Source: Acidobacteriota bacterium (GTDB lineage: Bacteria > Acidobacteriota > Vicinamibacteria > Vicinamibacterales > CAVVIG01). From it: DNA of 64,000 nucleotides. Location of the stretch: NCBI GenBank assembly GCA_039931615.1, contig JBDTRR010000001.1, positions 202,593-266,592 of the forward strand, given 5' to 3'. Position 1 is the first letter of the stretch, and each line of letters opens with the position of its first letter. Below the pieces are notes generated by a model, which was given only the letters and a program-made list of their open reading frames with translations, had not been told where the DNA came from and did not search any database. This document shows positions 26,672 through 36,013 of the stretch, in pieces. The position numbers and the translations under genes were made by a program.

Positions 26672-28230
26672 CAGAGTGCTCCCAGAAAGTTGACGAGATC
26701 CTGCTTTTCCAGTTCCGAGTAGCCGATGTTGTAGCGGCGGTCGTAGAAGGCCACCAGTTCGCGCAGGGTCGTGGCCGAGCCGTTCGAGAAATAGGGCGCC
26801 CGCGCCGCCAGCCCGCGGAACTGCTGCATGACGATCGTGCCGACGTCGTTGCACTGACCCGAAATGAGCGCCCGCCCGGGGTCCTGCGTGTAGATCACCC
26901 GGCCCAGGAAGGGATGCTCCTTCACCGTCGGCTTGCAGGTGATCCGGAACAGCGGCATCTGCGGTCTCGCGTCGGTCCAGGGATTCAGCGGCACTTCCGA
27001 CGCCCACGGCAGGTTCGTGGTGCCGATGTCCATCCAGCCGTTGGCCGTGTCCATGCCGGTCATGTGCATGCCGTGGCAGGTGGCGCAGGTCCGCTTGGCC
27101 GGATTGCCGAGGCCGACCGAGTTCAGGTGCATCGAGTCCCTGATCCAGAACGTGCGGAACATGAACACGTCGTGTCCGCGCGCGATCGACTCGCGCGCCG
27201 CGTGGCGCGCATTCTCGGCCTCATCGCCGGCGCGGGGCAGCTGGACCCACTTGCCGCCCATCGGAAAGACGTAGCGCGTGGTGTTGTTGCCGAGCACGCC
27301 GGCGTCAGCGGCGGCGAGATTGCGCGGCCCGAACGCCGGGGGGCCGTCGGGCTCGACGAGGCTGCCGGCCCCGGGGCTCGCGACTTGGGCGACGTAGACC
27401 TGGGCTTCGAACCCGGTGATGCGCGCGATCTGTGCGGCGCTGAGTGTTCCGGTGATCTGCAGATGCTTCTCTGCCGCGTCTTCCGCCTGCACGGCCAGCG
27501 TCGCCGCGCGCGCGTCAGACATCAGGTTCATGCTGGTCGGCTTGCCCGTCAGCGGATCCGTGGCCGTCGGCATCCCGTTCTTGCCGATGAAGGGGCCGAT
27601 GCCAAAGTTCTGGTGCGTCGTGTATTTCGTGTTCGCCACGGCGCGGGGGCGGCGGAAGACCGAAATCGACGGGCTCGCGCTCTGCAGCCCGTAGCGGGGG
27701 TCGGTGTTGCAGCCGCTCGGATCCCGCACGACTTCGATCGTGAACTCCGGATCGATGCGCGTTCCATCCGGACGCTGGGGCGGCCAGGGCAGCGCAATCC
27801 TGAACAGGCCGCGCTCGATCAGGAGCGAGTGGGAGCGCGGATCGTCCGGCGGCAGATTGGGGCAATTCATGCCGTCCACAGCGGCAAACAGGGCATCCTT
27901 GCCGGCGGTGGCCGCCCACCGCTCGCGAATGCTGCGCACCGAAAGCGACATCCCGTCCGCCGGCTGGTGGCAGGTAACGCAGGCGCGGCCGTTCGTGCCG
28001 ATCGCCTCGAAGAACGGGTGCCCCTTGGTGTCCAGCTGACCGGACGCGTTCAGCACGCCAAGCTGGCCGCGGTCGCTGTCGTAGGTCGAGAAGTCCGCCA
28101 GCGGCGTCCCTTGCCCTGGCGCCCACCACGCCGTCGATGAGTCGGCGGCCGCCGCCCCGAGGGCGGCGGAAATCCCAAGAGCGAGAAGCAGGCTGGCGGT
28201 CGCGACCGGATGCGTGTGCCGATTCTTCAT
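26671..28230 (-). CDS. di-heme cytochrome c peroxidase family protein
   Basis: Signal peptide. Two CxxCH heme sites (CVTCH, CATCH), the second followed by the ...APYFSNGSA... region typical of CCP/MauG-family proteins. Confidence 0.8.
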   Translation of the reverse strand: MKNRHTHPVATASLLLALGISAALGAAAADSSTAWWAPGQGTPLADFSTYDSDRGQLGVLNASGQLDTKGHPFFEAIGTNGRACVTCHQPADGMSLSVRSIRERWAATAGKDALFAAVDGMNCPNLPPDDPRSHSLLIERGLFRIALPWPPQRPDGTRIDPEFTIEVVRDPSGCNTDPRYGLQSASPSISVFRRPRAVANTKYTTHQNFGIGPFIGKNGMPTATDPLTGKPTSMNLMSDARAATLAVQAEDAAEKHLQITGTLSAAQIARITGFEAQVYVAQVASPGAGSLVEPDGPPAFGPRNLAAADAGVLGNNTTRYVFPMGGKWVQLPRAGDEAENARHAARESIARGHDVFMFRTFWIRDSMHLNSVGLGNPAKRTCATCHGMHMTGMDTANGWMDIGTTNLPWASEVPLNPWTDARPQMPLFRITCKPTVKEHPFLGRVIYTQDPGRALISGQCNDVGTIVMQQFRGLAARAPYFSNGSATTLRELVAFYDRRYNIGYSELEKQDLVNFLGAL

Positions 28231-28365
28231 ATTGGGCTCGGGGCCACCTGGCCGGTCGGGCAGTGTCGATTGCCACCTCGCCAACGGGATTATATTGTTG
28301 TCCGCTCGACCGGCAAGGCTCGGTCAAAAAATCAGCAAATCACGGTCATGAATGCAAAGTGAGCC

Positions 28366-28782
28366 ATGCCTGAACCCAAGACGAAGCTGACGACGGCGTC
28401 GGTCGACGACTTTCTGGACGCGATCGCGAACGACCAGGTCCGCGACGACTGCCGGACCATCGCCGGCATCATGGAGAAGGCGACAAAGGCACCAGCCCGC
28501 CTGTGGGGTGCGAGCATCGTCGGATTCGGCAACCGCCGCTATCAGTATGCGAACGGCAAAGAGGCGGAGTTCATGCTGACGGCGTTCTCGCCGCGCAAGC
28601 AGAACATCACGCTCTATCTCGGGCACCTCGAGCAGCAACGCGAACTGCTCGACAAGCTCGGGACGCACTCGTGCGGAAAGGGATGCCTCTACATCAAGCG
28701 CCTGTCGGACGTGCACATGCCGACGTTGACGGCGCTCGTGAAATCGTCCGTCGCTCTCATGCGCAAGTCGCCGCCCTCATGA
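28366..28782 (+). CDS. DUF1801 (YdhG-like) domain protein
   Basis: SVDDFLDAI...CRTIAGIMEKAT...LWGASIVGFG...Y.Y..G...F...FSPRKQNITLYL matches the DUF1801 pattern. Confidence 0.7.
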   Translation: MPEPKTKLTTASVDDFLDAIANDQVRDDCRTIAGIMEKATKAPARLWGASIVGFGNRRYQYANGKEAEFMLTAFSPRKQNITLYLGHLEQQRELLDKLGTHSCGKGCLYIKRLSDVHMPTLTALVKSSVALMRKSPPS

Positions 28783-29074
28783 GCCGGCATCGAGTCGTCC
28801 AGGGTGGGAACATTCGCGGCCCGCGGGCCCTTGCTACCAGGCCGCGGTACTGTTCGCCTTGACGGAGCGCGCCTGGGCGTCTCGTTTACGCCGAAATCGT
28901 CGGCGTCTAGGCCGCCCTGGTCAGTGCTGGCGCGACAGGCCTTCGCGGGGACGGTCCCGAGCAGGTCGGCCGTCAGCATGTCCTCGCCGACGATCCCGGA
29001 AACGAAGTTGACGTCGGGACATCTTGACGCCGCCACAGCGGTCGCATACCGTTACCGATACGATCTGAGTAGCG

Positions 29075-29104
29075 GACGAGGGCGCGCCAGACGAGGGCGC
29101 GCCG
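29075..29104. repeat. 15-bp tandem direct repeat (GACGAGGGCGCGCCn x2), each with a GGCGCGCC palindrome
   Basis: Read directly, about 115 nt upstream of the DUF6152-like gene. Confidence 0.6.
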
Positions 29105-29217
29105 GGCCGCAATGAAGCGTGGCCATCCCACACGGTTGTGCGTGTCGCTCGCCGGCGGCCCGAGCTGCGCATGCCTCGCTGTAACCCGTCGACACTTCTT
29201 CCATGGAGGTTGGTCAG

Positions 29218-29622
29218 ATGAGAACCAGGTTGACTGTGGCCGTTATCGGTATCGCTGGTCTGCTTGCTGCCGTGCCGGTGGTGGCCCATCACTCGTTCGC
29301 GGCCGAGTACGACGCGGACAAGCCGATCAAGCTCACTGGAACCGTTACGAAGATCGAGTGGACGAATCCCCACTGTTACTTCTACATCGACGCGAAGAAC
29401 GAGGCGTCGGGCAAGACCGAGAACTGGGGCTTCGAGATGGGCAACCCCAACGCGCTCCTGCGTTTGGGCTGGACGCGCAACTCGCTGAAGCTCGGTGACG
29501 CGATCACCGTCGAGGGAAGCCGCGCCAGGGACGGCAGCTTGCACGCCAACGCCCGGTCAATGGTCTTGACGAGCACCGGGCAGAAACTGTTCGCGGGCTC
29601 GAGCCAGGGGACGAATCCATAG
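29218..29622 (+). CDS. secreted DUF6152-like protein
   Basis: GGAGG upstream of ATG 29218. The signal peptide ends ...VVAHHSFAAEYD, followed by PIKLTGTVTKIEWTNPH..., the hallmark N-terminus of this family. Confidence 0.6.
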   Translation: MRTRLTVAVIGIAGLLAAVPVVAHHSFAAEYDADKPIKLTGTVTKIEWTNPHCYFYIDAKNEASGKTENWGFEMGNPNALLRLGWTRNSLKLGDAITVEGSRARDGSLHANARSMVLTSTGQKLFAGSSQGTNP

Positions 29623-29711
29623 GCGGATCTCTCCGCTTGCACAAAACCGTGCCGAGGCGCGGCCGCTCGTGGCGACGGTCAGTGGAGCACATCTTTGGAG
29701 GGCAGGTTGGC

Positions 29712-30605
29712 ATGGTGGCGAACAGTGTTGAACGGTTTCGCATCGGTCGATGGGCGAGGGGCGTTGTCCTATTCACCGTGTTCGTACTGACGTCTTCAGC
29801 GCGCGTCACGTTGGCCCAGTGGGTGACCTACCCGACCCAGAACGTGCCCCGGCTTGCCGACGGCAAGCCGGAGCTGAACGCACCGGCGCCGCGGCAGCCA
29901 GACGGCAAGCCCGACTTTATTGGCTTCTGGCAGCCTGACCGCGCGCGGGATTGCACGCCGGATCTGGCCTCACGGGTGCGGTTGACTCAACCGTGCAAGC
30001 CCGGCGAGAAGGCAATGGTGCCGATCGGTCCCGCGTCAGTGCCCGGCGGCATGCCGCTGCAGCCGTGGGCGGCGGAGCTGGTCAAGCAACGAACGGCCGA
30101 TCTTGCCAAAGACGATCCGCACGCCCGCTGCCAGCCGGATAACTATCCGCGGACCTATTGGCTCCCGCACTACACCAAGATGTTTCATGTCCCGGGCCTA
30201 CTGTTGATGCTGAACGAATGGAACGCCCAGTTCCGGCAGATCTACACGGACGGTCGGCCATTCCCTGAGGATATGCACCCCATTTATAGCGGGTATTCGA
30301 TCGGGAAGTGGGAGGGAGACACGTTCGTGATCACCACGAAGGGCTTTCGCGAGAGCGAGTGGCTGGATACCCCCGGCCATCCGATCACCAGTGCGGCAAC
30401 AATGACCGAACGGATCACCCGGCCGAACTTCGGGACGCTCAACCTGGCGATCACGATCGACGATCCCAAGGCGTATACGAAGCCGTTCACGATCGACCTG
30501 AACATGAAGATCATGATCGATACCCAGATGATCGAAGAGTTCTGTCTCGAGAACGAGAAGGATTCCGTTCGTCTGTTGGGACCCGGCGGAGGAAGTCAGC
30601 GCTGA
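29712..30605 (+). CDS. secreted conserved hypothetical protein (paralog family of 15267-16286)
   Basis: Shares RC.P..YPR, PGLLLMLNEWNAQFRQIYTDGRPFPED, GYSIGKWEGDTFVITTKGF, MTERITR and DPKAYTKPFT blocks with the 15.3-kb gene. Confidence 0.6.
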   Translation: MVANSVERFRIGRWARGVVLFTVFVLTSSARVTLAQWVTYPTQNVPRLADGKPELNAPAPRQPDGKPDFIGFWQPDRARDCTPDLASRVRLTQPCKPGEKAMVPIGPASVPGGMPLQPWAAELVKQRTADLAKDDPHARCQPDNYPRTYWLPHYTKMFHVPGLLLMLNEWNAQFRQIYTDGRPFPEDMHPIYSGYSIGKWEGDTFVITTKGFRESEWLDTPGHPITSAATMTERITRPNFGTLNLAITIDDPKAYTKPFTIDLNMKIMIDTQMIEEFCLENEKDSVRLLGPGGGSQR

Positions 30606-30613
30606 CCGCGCGT

Positions 30614-31576
30614 TCACTGTCGAGGCGGCAGCGATCCGAGATATGCGGCGAGCGCGATGACATCGTCCTCTGACAGCTTCGCGACCACCTTCTTCATCAG
30701 CGCCGCGTTGATCCCCGCGCTGGTGCCGTTCTGCATCTGAAGGAGCTGCCGCGCAATGTAGACCGGCTGCAGGCCGGCGATTCGCGGCACCTCGCCGAGC
30801 CCTGTCAACGCCTCGCCGTGACAGATCGCGCACTGGATCGTCTTTCCCGAATCGCCCGACCGCGCCAGCGCCTTGCCGCGCGCAATGCTCCCAGGCGGCA
30901 CGTAGGCGGCGAAGCCGGAATGCGGGTTCCGAATCGTCGTCTGCATGGGATCGTCCGGGATCTGGATGATGCGACGGCCGATCGGCTCCGTGGCGCCGTC
31001 CGGCACGATCCGGCGATGCCGCGCGTCGGCGCTGACGTAGGTCTTCGGCGGCGTCGCGGTCTCGATCACCTTCACGAACACATTCGGTTTGATCGCGGCG
31101 AAGTACTCCGCCGCCTGCCGAACGTCCTCGTCTGACACCGTGCGAGCAATCGGCCCCATGCGCGCCTCTTCCTGGCGCGCGCCGCTCTTGAAGTAATTCA
31201 TCTGCCGAAGGATGTATTCGACCGGCATCCCCGCGATGTCGGCTGATTCCGGATGCCCCTGTCCCGACATCAGGTGGCACGAGCCGCAGGCGTTCGGCAT
31301 CGGACCCTTCACGCTCTTGGGCGGTTCAGGATGTTCGTCGGGGAACCAGTCGGGGGGATTCGCGTTGCCGGCAATCGCCGACGCCTCGTACTCCTTCGCA
31401 CTGCCCGGGACACGAACCAGCGCTGGAACCTTCGGCTCGGGCGGCTGCACCTTGTCGGGGATGTTGTAGGCCCATTCGGGCAGCCCGTTCGGGATCGTCG
31501 TCGGGGTGGGATTCTGGGCGGCAGCTGCAGCCACGACCAGCGAGACGAACAGCGGGACGCAGATCGAGTTGCGCAT
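30614..31576 (-). CDS. di-heme c-type cytochrome, secreted
   Basis: Signal peptide. Two CxxCH sites (CGSCH, CAICH) in two cytochrome-c-like halves. Confidence 0.8.
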   Translation of the reverse strand: MRNSICVPLFVSLVVAAAAAQNPTPTTIPNGLPEWAYNIPDKVQPPEPKVPALVRVPGSAKEYEASAIAGNANPPDWFPDEHPEPPKSVKGPMPNACGSCHLMSGQGHPESADIAGMPVEYILRQMNYFKSGARQEEARMGPIARTVSDEDVRQAAEYFAAIKPNVFVKVIETATPPKTYVSADARHRRIVPDGATEPIGRRIIQIPDDPMQTTIRNPHSGFAAYVPPGSIARGKALARSGDSGKTIQCAICHGEALTGLGEVPRIAGLQPVYIARQLLQMQNGTSAGINAALMKKVVAKLSEDDVIALAAYLGSLPPRQ

Positions 31577-31851
31577 CGGTCCTCCGCAGCCGGAGCTTAG
31601 GAGGTCCGGCGACGCCCGTCAAAGGAATAATCTCGCTCGCCGTCTTGCCGGAATCCCCCGTTCCGGCGACGAAAGTCTCCGAATCGAGGACCAATCGCCA
31701 TCGACTTGACGCCGCGGCCCGGTCCAACGTCATTCCCTTGCGGCACCACTGTTGCTCGGCTCACGGTTGTTCCCCGCGCGGGACCATACCTGTGCCTCGT
31801 CCAATCGCTACCGGCGCCGCGTTCCTCATTCAGAAGTCGATCGACGCTGTC

Positions 31852-33222
31852 GTGGGACCGCGGCGATGGGCTGTCGCCGTGCTCGCCGGCCTGATCGCCG
31901 GTTGCGGTGGCGACGCCACGACCAGCGTCGTCGCCATCGTGCCGCCGTCGTCAGTGTGTGGCGTGACGCTTCCGACGCGATCGGTGAGCATCGATGCCGA
32001 TGCGGCCGACGGGCAGCTGACCCTGGGCATGAATCGGGAATGTCAGTGGACGGCCACGTCCGACGCGGACTGGATGGGTGTGAGTCCGCCGAGTGGCCAG
32101 GGCGATTCCTCACTTTCCTACTCGGTGACCGCCAACGCTGCCATCACCGCGCGCCGTGCTGTCATCGCCATCAACGATCAGCGCGTCGAGCTGACGCAAG
32201 CCGGGGCGCCGTGCAGATTTTCCTTGAGCACGACGACCGCGTCCGTCGATCCACGCGGGGGACGGCTCACGGTATCGGTGACGGCGCAGGCCGGGTGTGC
32301 CTGGACGGCCGCCAGCCAGGTGAGCTGGATCACCATTCTGGAGGGCGCGTCGGCTCAGAGCGGAAACGGTACGCGGACACTGAGCGTCGACGCAAACGGA
32401 ACGACGTCGAGAAGCGGCACCGTGACGATCGCCAATCAGGTGGTCACCATCTCGCAGGACGCCCTCCCGGCCCCGGTTCCCACCTGCGTGCTGACACTGT
32501 CGGCGTCCAGCCGGGGAGTGGGATCGGCAGGCGGGGACGGAACCGTCGCCGTGAGCGGTGCGGCGGGTTGCCAGTGGAGCGCCGTCAGCAACACGTCTTG
32601 GATCGCGATCACCGCAGGTTCGCCTGGCATCGGGGCCGGAGCCGTGCAATACAGGGTCGCCGCCAACCCCGACGCTCTACCGCGTTCGGGCACGATCGTC
32701 GTGGCAGGCCAGGGACTCACCGTCAGTCAAGACGCGGCGACACCGTCGCCGGGTCCGTGCGCGTTCTCTGTGTCGCCGACGAGTGCGACGATTCCGGCGG
32801 CCGGTATGTCGGGCACGATCACCGTCACGGCGTCGGCCCCCACCTGCACATGGACGGGGTCAAGTGCCGCCGGGTGGCTGATCATCAGCGCGGGCGCGAG
32901 CGGAACGGGCAGCGGGACGACCACTTACGTCGTCGCCGCGAACACCACGACCTCGCCCCGCACCGGAACGCTGACCATCGCCGCACGCACCGTCAGCGTC
33001 ACACAACCGGGACAACCCCTGTCACTGACCGGAAAGGTATCCGGTAAGACCGGTCAGTGCCCAACTCTCACTTTCACGGTCGATGACCGCACCATCAGGA
33101 CCAATGGACAGACCTCCTTCCTGCTCCCGTGCGGGGCGCTGTCAAACAAGGACAAGGTCGCCATCACCGGCCTGCGGCAGCCGGACGGCTCGGTCCTCGC
33201 ATTGACCGTGCGGGCGGACTGA
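31852..33222 (+). CDS. lipoprotein with four about 88-aa BACON/Ig-like repeats and a C-terminal DUF5666-like domain
   Basis: GTG 31852 gives (M)GPRRWAVAVLAGLIAGCGG (lipobox). Each of the four repeats carries C...C.W.A.S...W...G.G......Y.V.AN....R.G...I....V.V.Q. The tail is GQCPTLTFTVDDRTIRTNGQTSF...C..L...D.V.I.G. Confidence 0.65.
   Translation: MGPRRWAVAVLAGLIAGCGGDATTSVVAIVPPSSVCGVTLPTRSVSIDADAADGQLTLGMNRECQWTATSDADWMGVSPPSGQGDSSLSYSVTANAAITARRAVIAINDQRVELTQAGAPCRFSLSTTTASVDPRGGRLTVSVTAQAGCAWTAASQVSWITILEGASAQSGNGTRTLSVDANGTTSRSGTVTIANQVVTISQDALPAPVPTCVLTLSASSRGVGSAGGDGTVAVSGAAGCQWSAVSNTSWIAITAGSPGIGAGAVQYRVAANPDALPRSGTIVVAGQGLTVSQDAATPSPGPCAFSVSPTSATIPAAGMSGTITVTASAPTCTWTGSSAAGWLIISAGASGTGSGTTTYVVAANTTTSPRTGTLTIAARTVSVTQPGQPLSLTGKVSGKTGQCPTLTFTVDDRTIRTNGQTSFLLPCGALSNKDKVAITGLRQPDGSVLALTVRAD
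31957..33018 (+). repeat. four tandem intragenic repeats (about 265 nt each) encoding the BACON-like modules
   Basis: Periodicity is seen in the translated sequence, with conserved Cys pairs and Trp positions. Confidence 0.6.
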
Positions 33223-33237
33223 GGACGCCCGCTCGCA

Positions 33238-34185
33238 GGCGATGTCCTTGCCATAGAGCCCGGCCCGCGCCGTCTGGATGGCCGCGGCGTTCAGATCGCT
33301 GGCGAACACCTGCGCGGGCACAGGCACATCGAGCGTGTCCAGGTGCTCTCTCAGGGCGATGGCGAGGGAGTACGCTTCCTGTCCGGTTGAACACCCGAGC
33401 ACCCAGATGCGGATCGGGTCGCGGCTGCTCCGGTCCCGCGGTACGAGGGCGGGAATAATCTTGCTCTTGAGGTGGTCGAAGGCCTCGGGATTGCGGAAGA
33501 AGGTCGTCACCCCAATCAGCAGGTCCTGATGGAGCGCGGTCACCTCTCCTGGTGCCTTGAGCAGCAGGTCCGCGTATTCCGTCAGGCTTGGCGTCTTCCG
33601 CACCATCATGCGCCGCGTAATGCGCCGCTGCAGCGTGTTCGCCTTGTACTGGGTGAAATCGACGCCGGTGGCGTCCCGGACGACGTGCAGCACGTGCCGG
33701 ATGTCATCCGTCATGTCCGTACCCCCCGGGTTCAAGGCCGGGAGGCGGACGTGTCGAGCAATCCGGACGAGCTCCTGGGCGATCTCGTGTGGGGGGAGCA
33801 CGAAATCGACCGCGCCCTCGGCGATCGCGCTGTGCGGCATGCCCGTCTGCTGGGCCGTGTCGTCCTGGGCGAACGTGATGCCGCCTTCGGCCTTGATGGC
33901 GCGCAATCCCAACGTGCCATCGCTCGCCGTGCCGGACAGAATCACGCCGATCGCGCGGTGTGTCTGATCTTCGGCCAGCGACCGAAGAAACCGGTCGACC
34001 GACCGATGCAGGGATTGAGGGTCCCGTGGTCGGAGATGCAAGGTGCCGAGCTTTCGACACGGCCTTCGCCCGTGAGCACTTTGCGCTCGAAGGCGCGCGG
34101 CGCCATTCGCTCGGAGGTTGAACGCGCGTCCTCGTTGATCGCGCTGCAACCTCACATCGAGAAACCGTCGCCACCGGCTGACCAC
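33238..34185 (-). pseudogene. CheB-methylesterase / CheR-methyltransferase fusion protein fragment, truncated at both ends
   Basis: CheB part: ...SVDRFLRSLAEDQTHRAIGVILSGTASDGTLGLRAIKAEGGITFAQD. CheR part: ...VDFTQYKANTLQRRITRRM...TTFFRNPEAFD...IRIWVLGCSTGQEAYSLAI...VFASDLN...AGLYGKDIA, after which it turns to nonsense. No PAS/kinase C-terminal part and no proper N-terminus. Confidence 0.7.
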
Positions 34186-34193
34186 CGCTCACG

Positions 34194-35822
34194 CTATTTC
34201 GATAACCGGTGTGCTCCATCGACCGCGATGGTCCTCGCTTCGCCGGTGTAGTCCACCGCGCTCCTATCGAGATGCGGTTGGTACTCGGACCACCATTCCC
34301 GCGCGCTGGCGCCGTCCCAGGGCTCCACCGGACACGCTTCGACCCGGCGCCGGAGTTCCGCGGCACTCTGGGGCCGGCGGTTCGGATCCTTGCTGAGACA
34401 CGCGAGCACGATCGCTTCGAGCTCTGCCGGAACGGCGATCCCACGCGCCGACAGCGGCGCCGGCTCCTGGTGGAGATGCTGGCCGCACACCTCGACCGTC
34501 GACTTCCCGTCGAAGACATCCTGCCCGGCGAGCAGGTGGTAGGCAACCGCCCCCAGGGCGTAAATGTCAGTCCGGACATCGACCGCGTCCGGCTGCAGGA
34601 TGGACTCTGGCGCCATATACATGGGTGTGCCAACGACCGTACTCGCACCGGTCAAGTTGATCTTTCGATCGACCTCAAATTCCTTGACCAGGCCGAAGTC
34701 GAGCAGCTTGACGACGTCGCGCTCCCCGCCTTGCGTGCACAGCATGATGTTGGCCGGCTTGATGTCGCGATGGATCAAGCCGATGGCATGGGCTTCCGTC
34801 AGTGCGCCGCAGACCATCGACAAGACCCGCACCACCCTGCCTGCCGGCTGCGCGCCAGCGACCGCGACGATCCGCTGCAGGGTGGCGCCGTCGAGGAGCT
34901 CCATCGCGTAGTAAAAGACGCCGTCGTCGGTTCGCCCGTAGTCGAAGATCGTGATGGTGTTGGGGTGGGTGAGACGCGCGGTCAGCTGGACTTCGCGCTC
35001 GAAGCGCTGGAGGTTGACCTCGCCGGCCCGATCCGCCCGCAGCAGTTTGATCGCCGAGGGGCGCCGCATCATGCCGTGGCGGGCCCGGTAGACCTCCCCC
35101 ATGCCCCCTTCGCCGAGCTTGGCTTCGAGCACGTACTGGCCGAATCGGCGCGCCGCACGAATTTCGGCCCGGAGGCCGTAGATGACCCACGAGATGACGG
35201 CACACGCGATGACGGCGAACCCCCACAGCATGGCGGCGTTGGCAGCCAGCCAGGAATAGGCGCCCCAGTCGAGCGCGCGCCACGCGAGCCGACCAGCGGG
35301 GGAGCGGACCATGAGGGTCGACACCAGAATCAGCGGGGCGCCGACCATGGCCGTGACGACGGTGGTGCGGCGAGGAGAAGACGGGATCAGGGCGGCGCGA
35401 ATCGCGACGATCATCGCGGTTCCCCCCAGTTCCATCATCGCCACGTAACCGTCGGCCATGATGGCGCCTTCTGCGCTGACGACCGAATAGTCGCGGATGA
35501 ACGCGGCCACGAGGTAGCGCCCAAGGAAGGCGCCCATGATCGCACTGGCCACCATCCCGCCCCCGTCCACGAGACGAGAGAACCGGATCGACCGCTCCGG
35601 CCCGCGGCACAGCCACCAGAAAATGCCGGCCAGGGCGGCCTCACCCAGACTGAAGAACAGGTCTGCGCCGGGGTCAACCATCGCCCCGAGGGCGCCGAGG
35701 CCACTGCCCAACAGAAGAATGAAGAACTTCACCTTCCAGAAGAGCGCCAGCCGGCTCTGAAGAAAGGCGCGGCCCTCCTCGCTGTTGTCGCTGAGCGACG
35801 ATGGCCTCTGACTCGCCATCAT
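34194..35822 (-). CDS. Ser/Thr protein kinase with an N-terminal multi-TM domain and a C-terminal catalytic domain
   Basis: GEGGMGEVYRA, AIKLL, HRDIKPANIML, DFGL, GTPMYMAPE and DIYALGAV. About 230 aa of hydrophobic helices precede the kinase domain. Confidence 0.85.
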   Translation of the reverse strand: MMASQRPSSLSDNSEEGRAFLQSRLALFWKVKFFILLLGSGLGALGAMVDPGADLFFSLGEAALAGIFWWLCRGPERSIRFSRLVDGGGMVASAIMGAFLGRYLVAAFIRDYSVVSAEGAIMADGYVAMMELGGTAMIVAIRAALIPSSPRRTTVVTAMVGAPLILVSTLMVRSPAGRLAWRALDWGAYSWLAANAAMLWGFAVIACAVISWVIYGLRAEIRAARRFGQYVLEAKLGEGGMGEVYRARHGMMRRPSAIKLLRADRAGEVNLQRFEREVQLTARLTHPNTITIFDYGRTDDGVFYYAMELLDGATLQRIVAVAGAQPAGRVVRVLSMVCGALTEAHAIGLIHRDIKPANIMLCTQGGERDVVKLLDFGLVKEFEVDRKINLTGASTVVGTPMYMAPESILQPDAVDVRTDIYALGAVAYHLLAGQDVFDGKSTVEVCGQHLHQEPAPLSARGIAVPAELEAIVLACLSKDPNRRPQSAAELRRRVEACPVEPWDGASAREWWSEYQPHLDRSAVDYTGEARTIAVDGAHRLSK

Positions 35823-36013
35823 TCGCGAGTGATAGCGAGCCTGATTTCCGCCCGGGTGACTCGCCGCGGGTGCGTCATCTCCGGTCGGCCATGGCCATCG
35901 GAACTGCAAGCCGCGCGACACGGGCAAGCCACGAGCGGCACAGCACGGAGCGTATCATCCCTCGTTGCCGCGACGCGTCTCCGGACCGCCTCTTCAGACA
36001 GCTCGACGTCAGC

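Noticed and set aside
28783-29200. Minus-strand ORF 28689-29036 (…PDVNFVSGIVGEDMLTADLLGTVPAKA…) between the DUF1801 and DUF6152-like genes.
   Set aside because: It overlaps the 3' end of the DUF1801 gene. Only about 30 aa look genuine, so it may be another relic but is not supportable as a gene.
31645-31851. An upstream extension of the lipoprotein ORF (525-aa version).
   Set aside because: The extension lacks a signal peptide and is R/H/P-rich. GTG 31852 yields a canonical lipoprotein signal with a lipobox Cys.
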